Below, piece by piece: positions 28,147-37,214 of a stretch of 53,584 nt of DNA. The notes beneath the pieces were generated by a model that saw only the letters and a program-made list of their open reading frames with translations, made no database searches and was not told the origin of the DNA. The position numbers were made by a program, and so were the translations under genes. Positions within the stretch are counted from its first letter, which is position 1, and every line of letters starts with the position of its first letter. The stretch is taken from UHGV virus genome UHGV-0183426. One strand, written 5' to 3'. Source of the DNA: a virus.

Positions 28147-28884
28147 TTAACCTACCTTGCTGGAACCAGGGAAACAGGAAATCGGTAACGGATTCGGACG
28201 CGGGAAACGCAAACGACAACCGCTTAGACGGTGGCTGCATCTGTCGGCTTTAGGATCGCTTGTCGGCTCGTCTTTATCGTTTGCTACTGGTCCGCCAGCG
28301 TACATACACCCGTCGCCTCTGTATTGCCACTGGCAAACGTCAGCAAGGATGGTGCGCCCAGGGATAACGGCCTTATCAGCATCAATTGGCGTTGACAGCT
28401 CATATTGCACCTGATCCGCTGTTTCCTCGCTCATGGCCTCCACGACGTAAAAAGATACAGCCTCAATAGATGGATCTGCATCTGGATTGCCGTTTGGGAA
28501 GTTAACGGCGTCCAGGTATTTTACTTCCACCTGGCGGCGCGTAACCTTCATGCCTCTTAGGTCGTTGAAGTCGTTATTCATCCCTGTGATTAGCCCGCCG
28601 ATATTGGCTACAACCATTTGAGGCCGCGAATAAACGCCCTCGTTTTTCATTTCGAAGCCAGTAGCCTCGATCGGGTAGCTGTTGTAAGTTAATCCCTTCC
28701 AGATAACCGGGCCGTAATAGCCATTCGCGCCGGAATGGAAGCGGATAACCTCGCCACCCATGGGCGACAAGTCCAGTTCGAACAAGTCAATCACCGCGCC
28801 CACACCAGCGTCCACGGAATCAATAATCATCTCTGTAGGTATATTGCGCATTTTCTCACCTTCTGATTTTGTGATCTGCGTCAC
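28147..28884 (-). CDS. L: minor tail protein L-like
   Basis: 245 aa; C-terminal Cys cluster (CQWQYRGDGCMYAGG...CSHRLSGCRLRF) typical of lambda gpL. Confidence 0.85.
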   Translation of the reverse strand: MTQITKSEGEKMRNIPTEMIIDSVDAGVGAVIDLFELDLSPMGGEVIRFHSGANGYYGPVIWKGLTYNSYPIEATGFEMKNEGVYSRPQMVVANIGGLITGMNNDFNDLRGMKVTRRQVEVKYLDAVNFPNGNPDADPSIEAVSFYVVEAMSEETADQVQYELSTPIDADKAVIPGRTILADVCQWQYRGDGCMYAGGPVANDKDEPTSDPKADRCSHRLSGCRLRFPRPNPLPISCFPGSSKVG

Positions 28885-28895
28885 GCTAAATCATA

Positions 28896-28905
28896 CCAAA
28901 ATGGA
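28896..28905. promoter_or_regulatory. CCAAAATGGA variant of the recurrent element between L and plus-strand island 1
   Basis: motif at the boundary where transcription direction flips. Confidence 0.3.
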
Positions 28906-28980
28906 TTGATCGCGGTTTATACAATATGTATATTTTACTCAAACGGAAGCGCAGTTAACAAAATGGCGCGGAGGTGTGAG

Positions 28981-29136
28981 ATGGCTGATAAGGTGTGGAG
29001 GTTGACGGTATTCCTGACTGATGGCAGAAAAATGACTGTAGCTCTGTATAAGGATGAAGGCGAGGCACTTACTGACGCGCTTTTACTTGCTGAAGACGAA
29101 CGCGTTTTGGGGTACAGGATCGAACTTGTCAAATGA
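28981..29136 (+). CDS. hypothetical small protein (island 1)
   Basis: ORF track 28906..29136; internal Met with GGAGG 7 nt upstream. Confidence 0.35.
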   Translation: MADKVWRLTVFLTDGRKMTVALYKDEGEALTDALLLAEDERVLGYRIELVK

Positions 29137-29148
29137 GAGGTTAACGAA

Positions 29149-29496
29149 ATGCAAAAATATAGTCTTGATGTGTGGTTAAGTGGTTGCAAGGAGTGTTTCG
29201 GATTATTTGATAGCGAAGAGGCAGCTTTGGAAGAAGGAAGGATTCTTGAATGTAGTTTAGGCCATCCAGTGAAATATGCTGCTAATCCGGTGCAGATAAT
29301 TGATGAGGTGGAAAACATGAATCCGAAAGATATTAACTTTAACGTCAATGTTGAATTTGCTGATTCTATGGATCAGGCTTGCCCTGGTGAAATACACGCA
29401 AAAGGCTTCCCGGCTGACAATCCAGAAGCAAAACGCGAATACGAAAAAGCTGCGAAAGACTTCTGCATAGATAACCTGGCCGCATTCGATAAATAA
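29149..29496 (+). CDS. hypothetical protein (115 aa, island 1)
   Basis: ORF track; AT-rich. Confidence 0.45.
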   Translation: MQKYSLDVWLSGCKECFGLFDSEEAALEEGRILECSLGHPVKYAANPVQIIDEVENMNPKDINFNVNVEFADSMDQACPGEIHAKGFPADNPEAKREYEKAAKDFCIDNLAAFDK

Positions 29497-29505
29497 GGCG
29501 GCAAC

Positions 29506-29754
29506 ATGGGGCGGCGCAATCACGGCGATTATGTGTACACGCTGAAACAGGCCGCCCGCCTCATCGGTTATCATGAGCACGAATTTATTGATTTGCTGAT
29601 TGAGCGCGGGATACTGTACCAGGTCTGTTTAACGCTGTACCCGAAAGCGAAATACCTACAGGAAAAGTTATTCATCATCATGACGGATGAAAACCAGGTT
29701 AATCATTCATTCGTCACTGATAAGGGATTGACATATTTGAAGGGGGCGTTATGA
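29506..29754 (+). CDS. hypothetical protein, possible HTH (island 1)
   Basis: 82 aa; YTLKQAARLIGYHEHEFIDLLIERG looks helix-turn-helix-like. Confidence 0.4.
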   Translation: MGRRNHGDYVYTLKQAARLIGYHEHEFIDLLIERGILYQVCLTLYPKAKYLQEKLFIIMTDENQVNHSFVTDKGLTYLKGAL

Positions 29755-29831
29755 GATGTGCGAACATTACGTTCTGGAAATGATCATTATCATTATTGGA
29801 TTGTTATGCATTCTGCTATCGACACTATAAA

Positions 29832-29856
29832 CCCCGCCGTGGCGGGGTGTTTTTTA
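29832..29856 (+). terminator. hairpin CCCCGCCGTGGCGGGG plus T-run, end of island 1
   Basis: GC stem followed by TGTTTTTT on the plus strand. Confidence 0.55.
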
Positions 29857-30066
29857 ATCGTAGGATAGAAATGCTACTTCTTTGCCATCCCAAGTCGTAC
29901 AGCCGATATATCCATCACCCATATCATGAAGATACCACGTCTCGCCGTTATCAGCTTGTACAGTTAGATCATTAATTTCATAGTCGGCAAACAATGTAAA
30001 AGCGCCAGTGCGCTCCACTACACAAAAATAAGGCATATCCCCTCCCCTAATTAATAACTTGCTCAA
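29854..30066 (-). CDS. hypothetical protein (70 aa) downstream of M
   Basis: ORF track. Confidence 0.4.
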   Translation of the reverse strand: MSKLLIRGGDMPYFCVVERTGAFTLFADYEINDLTVQADNGETWYLHDMGDGYIGCTTWDGKEVAFLSYD

Positions 30067-30400
30067 ATGTTGCGTTTAGCGTGTATAGCGGTCCGTCTTT
30101 AGTCATGCTCCAGCTACGGCAAACAAAAAGCCTTTGCACGTTATCCATTGACGGCGACCAGTAAAAAGCCTCGACCGCGCCGCGCGCCCTCAAGAATGCT
30201 TCCGCCTGGATTGCTACGTTTTCACCATCACCACATCCGGCGCTACTGCCCTTAAACACCATGGTGTAGCTATCAAGTAACGGGTTGATACCTTTAACCT
30301 GTCTTTGCTCATAACCATCGCCCAGCTTAACAACTGATACGTCCGGCTCCCTGGTCACGCTGTAGCTTCGTTGCGGCGTCCATCTGAACACTTCCGGCAT
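30047..30400 (-). CDS. M: minor tail protein M-like
   Basis: 117 aa; FRW...GDGYEQR...FL...G...FYWSP...ATFEQVIN mirrors lambda gpM. Confidence 0.8.
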   Translation of the reverse strand: MPEVFRWTPQRSYSVTREPDVSVVKLGDGYEQRQVKGINPLLDSYTMVFKGSSAGCGDGENVAIQAEAFLRARGAVEAFYWSPSMDNVQRLFVCRSWSMTKDGPLYTLNATFEQVIN

Positions 30401-30485
30401 AAAACCCCCATAAGTTACATTTTGTATATATCTTTACGCGCCTCTACGCGAAAAATGAGATCTTAATCACAATGATTATAGCTAG

Positions 30486-30497
30486 TTTACAAAATGG
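30486..30497. promoter_or_regulatory. TTTACAAAATGG element between M and plus-strand island 2
   Basis: recurrent motif at a direction-switch boundary. Confidence 0.35.
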
Positions 30498-30568
30498 CTT
30501 CACATAGTACGCAACAAGATGTATATAGAAAGCAAGAAGAAAAGCAGTACCAACGAAGGAGGCCAAAA

Positions 30569-30724
30569 ATGAAACGCTATGTAGTGGTAATGCTGAACAA
30601 CGCATTCGAACAAGTGGAAATAGCAATCGTTAAGGGGTTCGACGACGCATTCAAATACGCTCAATTCATGATGAATGCAAAAGAAGATGAATACCGTGAT
30701 TTCTTCCTGAAGGCACTCAACTAA
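30569..30724 (+). CDS. hypothetical small protein (island 2)
   Basis: ORF track 30494..30724; internal Met with AGGAGG upstream. Confidence 0.4.
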   Translation: MKRYVVVMLNNAFEQVEIAIVKGFDDAFKYAQFMMNAKEDEYRDFFLKALN

Positions 30725-30741
30725 GGATGATGGGGTGAGTT

Positions 30742-30996
30742 ATGAAACTGGTAGCGATTGATAAAAACCTGAAAGTACAGAAAAACGCACAAGACAGGAC
30801 TATCAAGAAAGGGAAGGAACTGCTTAAAGCATTTTTGAAGAAAGAGGCGCGCCCCAAAAAGTTACGTGATGGTTATGGCTTTAAATTCGACATCAACCCT
30901 GACTGGAGGCTGTTTAGCGAAGACCTAAAAGTCTGGTTAATTATCGATCATCTGGAATATAACAGGCACTGTGGAGTCAAAGGGGTGCATAAGTGA
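30742..30996 (+). CDS. hypothetical protein (84 aa, island 2)
   Basis: ORF track. Confidence 0.45.
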   Translation: MKLVAIDKNLKVQKNAQDRTIKKGKELLKAFLKKEARPKKLRDGYGFKFDINPDWRLFSEDLKVWLIIDHLEYNRHCGVKGVHK

Positions 30997-31105
30997 GGTG
31001 GGACATGGAGGACGATAAATTCACCTGGCGGGAGATCTGGAATATTTGGTTGGTGATGTTCGGCAGTGGTTACGTCGCACGTAACGGAAGATTATAGGAG
31101 GAAAA

Positions 31106-31291
31106 ATGATTATTGACGAAACAGAGTTATGTTACGGAGTTAGGTTAGATCTTGATGAGGATGGTCGGCTATGGATAACCGAACTCATGGGGACTGACAT
31201 CCTCGTAATTGACAAATCGCAGGCGACGCAACTTATCGCCGGGCTTCAAAAATTTATAGATGGCACATTTGAGAACGATCAGGAGGATTAA
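31106..31291 (+). CDS. hypothetical protein (61 aa, island 2)
   Basis: ORF track. Confidence 0.4.
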   Translation: MIIDETELCYGVRLDLDEDGRLWITELMGTDILVIDKSQATQLIAGLQKFIDGTFENDQED

Positions 31292-31293
31292 CA

Positions 31294-31581
31294 ATGGATT
31301 TAACCGTCATTGGTCACGCACTGGCTGCGGCGGCTATGCAGGTTGTTATCGGCCTGCTTACTGGTGATTATCTCACTGGCGGCCTGATTGGATGTACATT
31401 CTTTTTTGCACGCGAACACACGCAGGCTGAATATCGTTACATAGCGGAATTTTGCGGTGGAAAACGGGAAAGAATGCCGTGGTATGGCGGATTATTACCT
31501 AAAGCATGGAATATGGCTAGCGTTTGCGACTTCGCCGCACCTGTATTCCTGTGCTGTTTGATTTATATTCTCACCATGTAA
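31294..31581 (+). CDS. hypothetical membrane protein (95 aa, island 2)
   Basis: hydrophobic N- and C-terminal segments. Confidence 0.45.
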   Translation: MDLTVIGHALAAAAMQVVIGLLTGDYLTGGLIGCTFFFAREHTQAEYRYIAEFCGGKRERMPWYGGLLPKAWNMASVCDFAAPVFLCCLIYILTM

Positions 31582-31586
31582 AATAA

Positions 31587-31605
31587 AGGCCGCTTATAGC
31601 GGCCT
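31587..31605. terminator. hairpin AGGCCGC-TTAT-AGCGGCCT between island 2 and the tape measure gene
   Basis: stem-loop with T-rich flanks on both strands. Confidence 0.45.
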
Positions 31606-31610
31606 TAGTG

Positions 31611-33956
31611 TTATTTGCGGCGCGGTTGCAACATCCCGCCAGGTCTTTGCGATTCCCTTGTTATCATCTTCATTGCTACACGTTCCATTGTTGATTCAAG
31701 TCTGCGGCTGTCTTCTTCGCTAAATCCGTTTGTGGTTTGAATACTGATACTGACAGGCATACTAAAACCGCCACCGCCGCCAATATCACGACCAGGAATA
31801 ACCCTGCCGTTCTCGCCTGGGATCATATATTGGTTGCCGTTAGACGTCTGGAATAGCTCCGGCCTGTTGTGTTCCCCTACGCGGTACATATTGCCACCAA
31901 TGACGCTACCACCATTAAAGCGACCGCCGCCGAAAATTGACGTAGCCAGCGACATGATCGCAGTGAGCGCAGCCGAACCAGCCGCCGCCCAGCTACCGCC
32001 AGTTGATGCAGCCGTTGCCGCCGCCGCCGGGGCCGCCGCCGCCGCGATGCTTTCCTGAGCGGCAACCGCGCTTGCCGTTGTACTTGCTTGAGTTGCCTTG
32101 CTTTGTGTTTCCATCATGATCTGATCTGCTATCCAGTCGGCTGCTATATCAGAAAGTCTGTTGCCAATATTCCCTAGTATATTGCTCCCTAAGTTAGCAA
32201 AAACATCGCTCAATGATTGAGTACCGTTAAGCAGGCCGACAAGCGCATTGCTCATGCCACCTTTAAGGCCATTAACGCAATCACCGATCAGGCCGTTTGT
32301 CTGGCTTTGCGCCTGCCATTGCTCCCATTTCAGATCGCGGATCTGTTGCTCATAGGCTAACAATGCCTGTTTCTGTTGCGCTTCGGTAGCGCCCAGGTCG
32401 ATAAGCATTTGCTTACGGACGGCCCATTCATTTTGTACCTGCTGAATAGGGTCAACCTCGCCTTTAAGCTGATTCATCGGGCTTACTATTTGCGCCCATT
32501 TATCACGCAATTCATCTACCGGAATTTGGGCTAATTCTTCCTTCAGTTCCTTACCTATCCCTTTTTGCGCGGCGCGGTACTCAAGGAGGGTGATTTTACC
32601 CTGGGCGAATGCAGCATCAATGGCCTTGCCGTTCTCTAACGCTTTGCGCATGGCGGCGGCGTCTTTATTGTACTGGTCAGAAACGCTTATACCCTTGTCA
32701 CCAAGCGTATCCTCTTTGCTTTTCTTGCTGCCAGTCTTCTTACCCTTTTTAGGCTTATCAACTGGCTTGTCGAATCCGGTGATCTTGCCGTCGTTGGCTT
32801 CTGCCTGTTTCTGCATAAACTCATCATAAGCGGCAGTCGCGTTTTTAATGTCGTTTGCAAAAGTCATGACTTTACCGACTGTAGGGCCGAATTTCTTCTC
32901 ATTGTTGCTATTTAGTTCTTCCTTGCGCTTATCTACAACCTCCTTCATCCATTTGTAGGCGTCCATAAGTGCCTTGATTGGCGTCACCATTGCGATGATC
33001 TTCTCTGCCACCTCGCCAGCCTTCACAGCCACATCATCAAACATGTCGATGAATTCGCCACCAGCCGTTTTGAGTGTATCGAAGCAGGTTTTAGCGAATT
33101 TAGCGCCCTCACCTAACCCCTTAACGCCTTTTGTGATTAAGTCGATAGCTGAGACTACGCCATCTGATACGCCGAAAAGATCATCAAGCTGTTCAACAAG
33201 ACCCATGATTTCGACTTTAAGCTCATTGATAGCCATGCCGGATGTGCGCGGCAACTGAGCAAACTGCTCGTTTGTTTCCTGCGTAGCCGCCTGGATTGCG
33301 TTAACCATCCTTTCTGCCGTGATCTTGCCGTCCAGCATTTCGGCGCGGAACTGGCCCATAGATAACCCCATCTGACGGGCCATTGTCTGTACGATGGTCG
33401 GGGTGTTTTCAAGTAGGCTGTTAAATTCTTCAGCACGCAGCACGCCGCCGTCTATAGACTGGCGGAACTGGCGCATAGAGTTAGACATCTGTTCCGCTGA
33501 TGCGCCGCCTAACGCCCCCATTTTCTGAATAGTGCCAACCAGGTTAAGTAATTGCCCTTCCGTAGCTGACGTGTTCTTCAGTGAGATGGCAAGACCTTGC
33601 CATAGCTCGCCAGTATCCTTCAGGCTTTGCCCCGTTTCCCTGGATATTGCTTTCAGGCCGTCGAAAACCCGTCCGGCGGACTCCGCATCGCCCGTAAGCA
33701 TTTTGATTTTTACGCGAAGCATTTTTGCTTGCTCCGCCATATCCATAAATTGGCGCACAGCCTCGGCAGCAATTAGCAAATGGATAACCCTGGTCAGTGC
33801 TTTGATGGATGTTTTCAGGGTGTTTACCTGGCGGTCAGCCTGTTTTGCGCCGCGCTCTATACGGTCAAAGGCCTGGTCTGCCTGTCGTTGTGCAACGAGA
33901 AGTTGACCAGTTTTTGCATCAACTTCGTAATAAATTGTACCTACACTGGTAGCCAT
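31611..33956 (-). CDS. tail tape measure protein
   Basis: 781 aa; largely alpha-helical low-complexity composition, Gly/Ala-rich C-terminus; position between chaperone and M. Confidence 0.8.
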   Translation of the reverse strand: MATSVGTIYYEVDAKTGQLLVAQRQADQAFDRIERGAKQADRQVNTLKTSIKALTRVIHLLIAAEAVRQFMDMAEQAKMLRVKIKMLTGDAESAGRVFDGLKAISRETGQSLKDTGELWQGLAISLKNTSATEGQLLNLVGTIQKMGALGGASAEQMSNSMRQFRQSIDGGVLRAEEFNSLLENTPTIVQTMARQMGLSMGQFRAEMLDGKITAERMVNAIQAATQETNEQFAQLPRTSGMAINELKVEIMGLVEQLDDLFGVSDGVVSAIDLITKGVKGLGEGAKFAKTCFDTLKTAGGEFIDMFDDVAVKAGEVAEKIIAMVTPIKALMDAYKWMKEVVDKRKEELNSNNEKKFGPTVGKVMTFANDIKNATAAYDEFMQKQAEANDGKITGFDKPVDKPKKGKKTGSKKSKEDTLGDKGISVSDQYNKDAAAMRKALENGKAIDAAFAQGKITLLEYRAAQKGIGKELKEELAQIPVDELRDKWAQIVSPMNQLKGEVDPIQQVQNEWAVRKQMLIDLGATEAQQKQALLAYEQQIRDLKWEQWQAQSQTNGLIGDCVNGLKGGMSNALVGLLNGTQSLSDVFANLGSNILGNIGNRLSDIAADWIADQIMMETQSKATQASTTASAVAAQESIAAAAAPAAAATAASTGGSWAAAGSAALTAIMSLATSIFGGGRFNGGSVIGGNMYRVGEHNRPELFQTSNGNQYMIPGENGRVIPGRDIGGGGGFSMPVSISIQTTNGFSEEDSRRLESTMERVAMKMITRESQRPGGMLQPRRK

Positions 33957-33996
33957 GATTTAACCTCATGCAAAAATGTGATCTGTGTATCTATTT

Positions 33997-34038
33997 TATA
34001 CAAAATGGCTTTACTTCAACGACTCCATTTTGTATAAG
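33997..34038. promoter_or_regulatory. inverted pair TATACAAAATGG ... CCATTTTGTATAAG (candidate bidirectional promoter/operator)
   Basis: two copies of the recurrent motif in opposite orientation between the tape measure start and the lipoprotein island. Confidence 0.4.
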
Positions 34039-34083
34039 TAAGCCAAAGGGAAAGGTCAGTAAATCAAGTTAGCGTGGTGGGTT

Positions 34084-34743
34084 ATGAAACGGTTAGCAAA
34101 AGTGGCAATGATTGCGGCGGTATTGGGTCTGGTTGGTTGCAATGAGGATAATGAAAAAGCGCCTATAGTGACCAATCAAGAACAACAAGCATTAGCAGAG
34201 AAAAATGCTAAATGGCTTGCAGAACAACAAGCAAAACAAGCCGCATACGATGCACAGTTAGAAAAAGAAAATGCTGGTAAACAGTGGCTTGTAGTTGAAA
34301 GAAAAGATGATATGCAGGACGCAAAAAACGTATTCCTTTTTGTGAAAGCAGAACAATTCAGCGGAAGTCTTGATGCTTTCCCGACACTGAAGGCACAGGA
34401 TAAGAATAAACCGGTATTAACAATCGCTTGCCAGGGTAATAAAACAAAAATGTTCGTAGCATGGTCACACCATGTAACTGACGCCGGGGACACTACTTAT
34501 ATTAACTACCGGATCGGCGTTCACAAAGCTGTAGCTACTGAGTGGGGGCGGTCAACTAATTATAAAGCTCTTGGATTATGGGATGGCAAAAAAGCCATCC
34601 CAATGATTAAAAAAATGGTTAACGAAAAACAATTCATCATTGAAGTAGTGCCGGAAGCTGGCGACATTGAGAAAGCAGTGTTTAACATTGATGGTCTTTA
34701 TAACCACATCGACAAAGTGAAAAACGCTTGCAACTGGAATTAA
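34084..34743 (+). CDS. lipoprotein (219 aa), moron
   Basis: signal peptide with lipobox LGLVGC; AT-rich; opposite strand to the tail genes. Confidence 0.6.
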   Translation: MKRLAKVAMIAAVLGLVGCNEDNEKAPIVTNQEQQALAEKNAKWLAEQQAKQAAYDAQLEKENAGKQWLVVERKDDMQDAKNVFLFVKAEQFSGSLDAFPTLKAQDKNKPVLTIACQGNKTKMFVAWSHHVTDAGDTTYINYRIGVHKAVATEWGRSTNYKALGLWDGKKAIPMIKKMVNEKQFIIEVVPEAGDIEKAVFNIDGLYNHIDKVKNACNWN

Positions 34744-34753
34744 GGGGTAAATC

Positions 34754-35128
34754 ATGAAAAACATAATCAAAGCGGCTCTCATTGGTGTTATGGCTTTAGC
34801 TCTTACAGGGTGCGCAAGATCAACTGATTTCGTTAAGTTAGCTGATAAAAAATTGCAAGTTGGAATGACTTGTGAGCAAGTGAATAAAATAATGGGGGAA
34901 CCACAAAGAATCGAGCATGACGGTAATTATAGTTATCACGTATGGTATTCAGTAACCAGCACGATAGGATTTACTTACATGGATGTTGAAGAATTATCCC
35001 CTTCAAGGGTTATCGCAAAGTTTGATAACTGCATCCTAAAAGAATGGAAAGATCGCAGTAAGGCAAAGTCTGTATACAATACAATCACACACAGTTCACC
35101 AGGTACAGCAATTAAAGATTTCAATTAG
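34754..35128 (+). CDS. lipoprotein, BamE/SmpA-OmlA-like (124 aa), moron
   Basis: lipobox LALTGC; ...LQVGMTCEQVNKIMGEPQ... pattern reminiscent of the OmlA/BamE fold. Confidence 0.5.
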   Translation: MKNIIKAALIGVMALALTGCARSTDFVKLADKKLQVGMTCEQVNKIMGEPQRIEHDGNYSYHVWYSVTSTIGFTYMDVEELSPSRVIAKFDNCILKEWKDRSKAKSVYNTITHSSPGTAIKDFN

Positions 35129-35134
35129 CAAAAC

Positions 35135-35156
35135 GCCCGGATCTACCGGGCTTTTT
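35135..35156 (+). terminator. hairpin GCCCGG-ATCTA-CCGGGC plus T-run after the lipoprotein genes
   Basis: GC stem followed by TTTTT. Confidence 0.55.
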
Positions 35157-35829
35157 CTTGCTCACGATTTTTCATTCTTTCTAGTGCCTTTTTAGCGGCC
35201 TCCATTTGCTCGTCATAAGCACGTTTATTTATGTGAATGTTTGGCTTGCTTCTCTCGTTTCTTTCGTCTGGCGGCGTTTTAGCGCGTACAGCGGCCCTAT
35301 ATCCGGTCATTGTCATATTCCATGCTTCCGATTCTGACAAGCCCAGGTGAGCAACGGCAGAATAAACGAATTCCAGCACGTTAAAAGTAGGCTTATATTC
35401 CCCTTCCCGGATCTCTCCGGCGTCTTCTTCCGGCCCGTCACCGATTAAGCCGTGGTACATGCAATGCTGCGCCAGCGTGATAACGTCACTGGTAGGCATC
35501 AGTCCTGGTCTTAGTCGTAACTTGCCGGAAGGAGTAAACCTACATTCGCCTAATAGCGTGCCTATTTCGTCGTCTGAGCAACATTTCAGGATGTGCATGG
35601 ACGTTTGCACCATTTCACCATAACACCGCGCCATAATGCGATTGCGAAGGTCTGGATCCGCTGGCAATCGTGATGGATATTTGCCACCGTGTATGGTTGC
35701 GAAGTATTCGACCAGTTCGCTGTCACTGCCGATTTTAGCCATTGCAGCGAAGCAGGGATTAAACACGTACCGCCTGCCGTCTACCACCGCCGCAAATTGT
35801 CCCGTTCGAACATGGATCATAGCTGTCAC
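35143..35829 (-). CDS. putative tail assembly chaperone
   Basis: 228 aa; position between the tail tube gene and the tape measure gene; no slippery-site frameshift partner seen. Confidence 0.45.
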   Translation of the reverse strand: MTAMIHVRTGQFAAVVDGRRYVFNPCFAAMAKIGSDSELVEYFATIHGGKYPSRLPADPDLRNRIMARCYGEMVQTSMHILKCCSDDEIGTLLGECRFTPSGKLRLRPGLMPTSDVITLAQHCMYHGLIGDGPEEDAGEIREGEYKPTFNVLEFVYSAVAHLGLSESEAWNMTMTGYRAAVRAKTPPDERNERSKPNIHINKRAYDEQMEAAKKALERMKNREQEKAR

Positions 35830-35874
35830 CTTAAAAGAAAGGGGCCAGATGGCCCCGATTGTTAATATTGATTA

Positions 35875-36351
35875 TTATGCTACTGAGATGTCGCCAACCG
35901 TCACCTTGCCAGCACTTGAACACTCAATGGACCAGGTGGAAACGTCGTCGTAAGGGTCTTCTTCTTTAAAGGAAGTGCAAAGAAACGGACCTTCAATCAC
36001 ATCAGCCGGGGAAACAATTTTAAGCCAAACATATGGTTGCGATCCGGTTGTTTCGCCTGGGTTAATAACGTGGCGTTTAAGTGCCTTCTGATTATGAATT
36101 TCTTCAGTACGGGATACGCCGTCACCTGAGAAAGAAACAGATTTGTAAGTGACAAGTGATTCTTTGGTGTAGTCTGCTGATTTATCAGCGGTGGCGTCTG
36201 CGGTTTCCCATTCTACGGAAAGCGTTTTGCCGCGCATCATGCCTAACGCTTTATAAGAGCCGTCTTCAGGTTTCACGTTAGGACAAGCGATAGCGTAGAA
36301 TACAGCAACGTCGCGGCCTAAAAACGAGCCTTTTTCGCAAGTCTGAGACAT
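35875..36351 (-). CDS. putative major tail (tube) protein
   Basis: 158 aa; position immediately upstream of the chaperone. Confidence 0.5.
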   Translation of the reverse strand: MSQTCEKGSFLGRDVAVFYAIACPNVKPEDGSYKALGMMRGKTLSVEWETADATADKSADYTKESLVTYKSVSFSGDGVSRTEEIHNQKALKRHVINPGETTGSQPYVWLKIVSPADVIEGPFLCTSFKEEDPYDDVSTWSIECSSAGKVTVGDISVA

Positions 36352-36364
36352 GTTTAATTACCTC

Positions 36365-36751
36365 TTATCTGGATATGATGGTTTGAAAAGCTACGGTAAA
36401 AATAAAGCGCCCTTCTCTTGTCTGCATCGCAGGAATAGCGCCAACTGGCTTCATGTGTGTAATTTTATCAGTTTTATATTCTGTTAACATACTTTGACGG
36501 ATGGCGTCAGCCAGATCTTCCACTTCACTGATATTTGCATCATTACGCGCAGAAATAACCAGGATGCGGAAATAGTCGCGGGTTATTGCTTCCTCGCCAG
36601 CCGCGCCGCCGTTTTGCTGGATAACAATATATCGGTCGTTATTCGAATTGGATTTTTCATTCCAGAAACGGGCCTGCAAAATATAGCCTTCATCGTATCC
36701 GTGGGATTTAATCCAATCCCTTATATTGTCGTACACTTCGCTGCGTTTCAT
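36365..36751 (-). CDS. tail-completion/terminator-type protein
   Basis: 128 aa; position only. Confidence 0.4.
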   Translation of the reverse strand: MKRSEVYDNIRDWIKSHGYDEGYILQARFWNEKSNSNNDRYIVIQQNGGAAGEEAITRDYFRILVISARNDANISEVEDLADAIRQSMLTEYKTDKITHMKPVGAIPAMQTREGRFIFTVAFQTIISR

Positions 36752-37212
36752 ACCTTGTAACCTTCTACAATTTCTTTGTAAATATCATCAGCGTGGTTAG
36801 GGTCTTCGAATGCCTTGCGCAAGAATTCCGGCTCCGCGTTTGGATCCCAGTATTTACCCTTACCAGTACCGCCGCCGAATTCTATTACCTGTTTGGGTCC
36901 GAAATCTGAAAGGTTATTTGTTTTTCCGAAATGCTCGCGCGGCTGTCCTTTTAATGTACCTGGCATGTTGTGCACCCATTCAGCGTAGCGTGCCGTATAT
37001 CCCAGGCGTAATTGCATACCGTCAGCAGTGTTCCCTATATACTGAAACTGGCTGTTAATTAAAAAGCCCGTATCAACCGGGGTCATGTTTGCAGCGAAGC
37101 CACCAGCCAGCATACCAACGCGCCATAAAACTTCGTGCGTCTTTTTATCTGTGATTTCCTTTAACTCCTGCCTTAATCGCTCCCTTACGCGTTTAACACC
37201 CTTAATAGGCAT
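36748..37212 (-). CDS. head-tail joining protein (HK97 gp10-like by position)
   Basis: 154 aa; position only. Confidence 0.4.
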   Translation of the reverse strand: MPIKGVKRVRERLRQELKEITDKKTHEVLWRVGMLAGGFAANMTPVDTGFLINSQFQYIGNTADGMQLRLGYTARYAEWVHNMPGTLKGQPREHFGKTNNLSDFGPKQVIEFGGGTGKGKYWDPNAEPEFLRKAFEDPNHADDIYKEIVEGYKV

Positions 37213-37214
37213 AA

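Noticed and set aside
35143-35829. Programmed -1 frameshift (G/GT) in the tail assembly chaperone
   Set aside because: The chaperone is a single 228-aa ORF that ends against the lipoprotein island; no overlapping downstream frame or obvious slippery heptamer was found.
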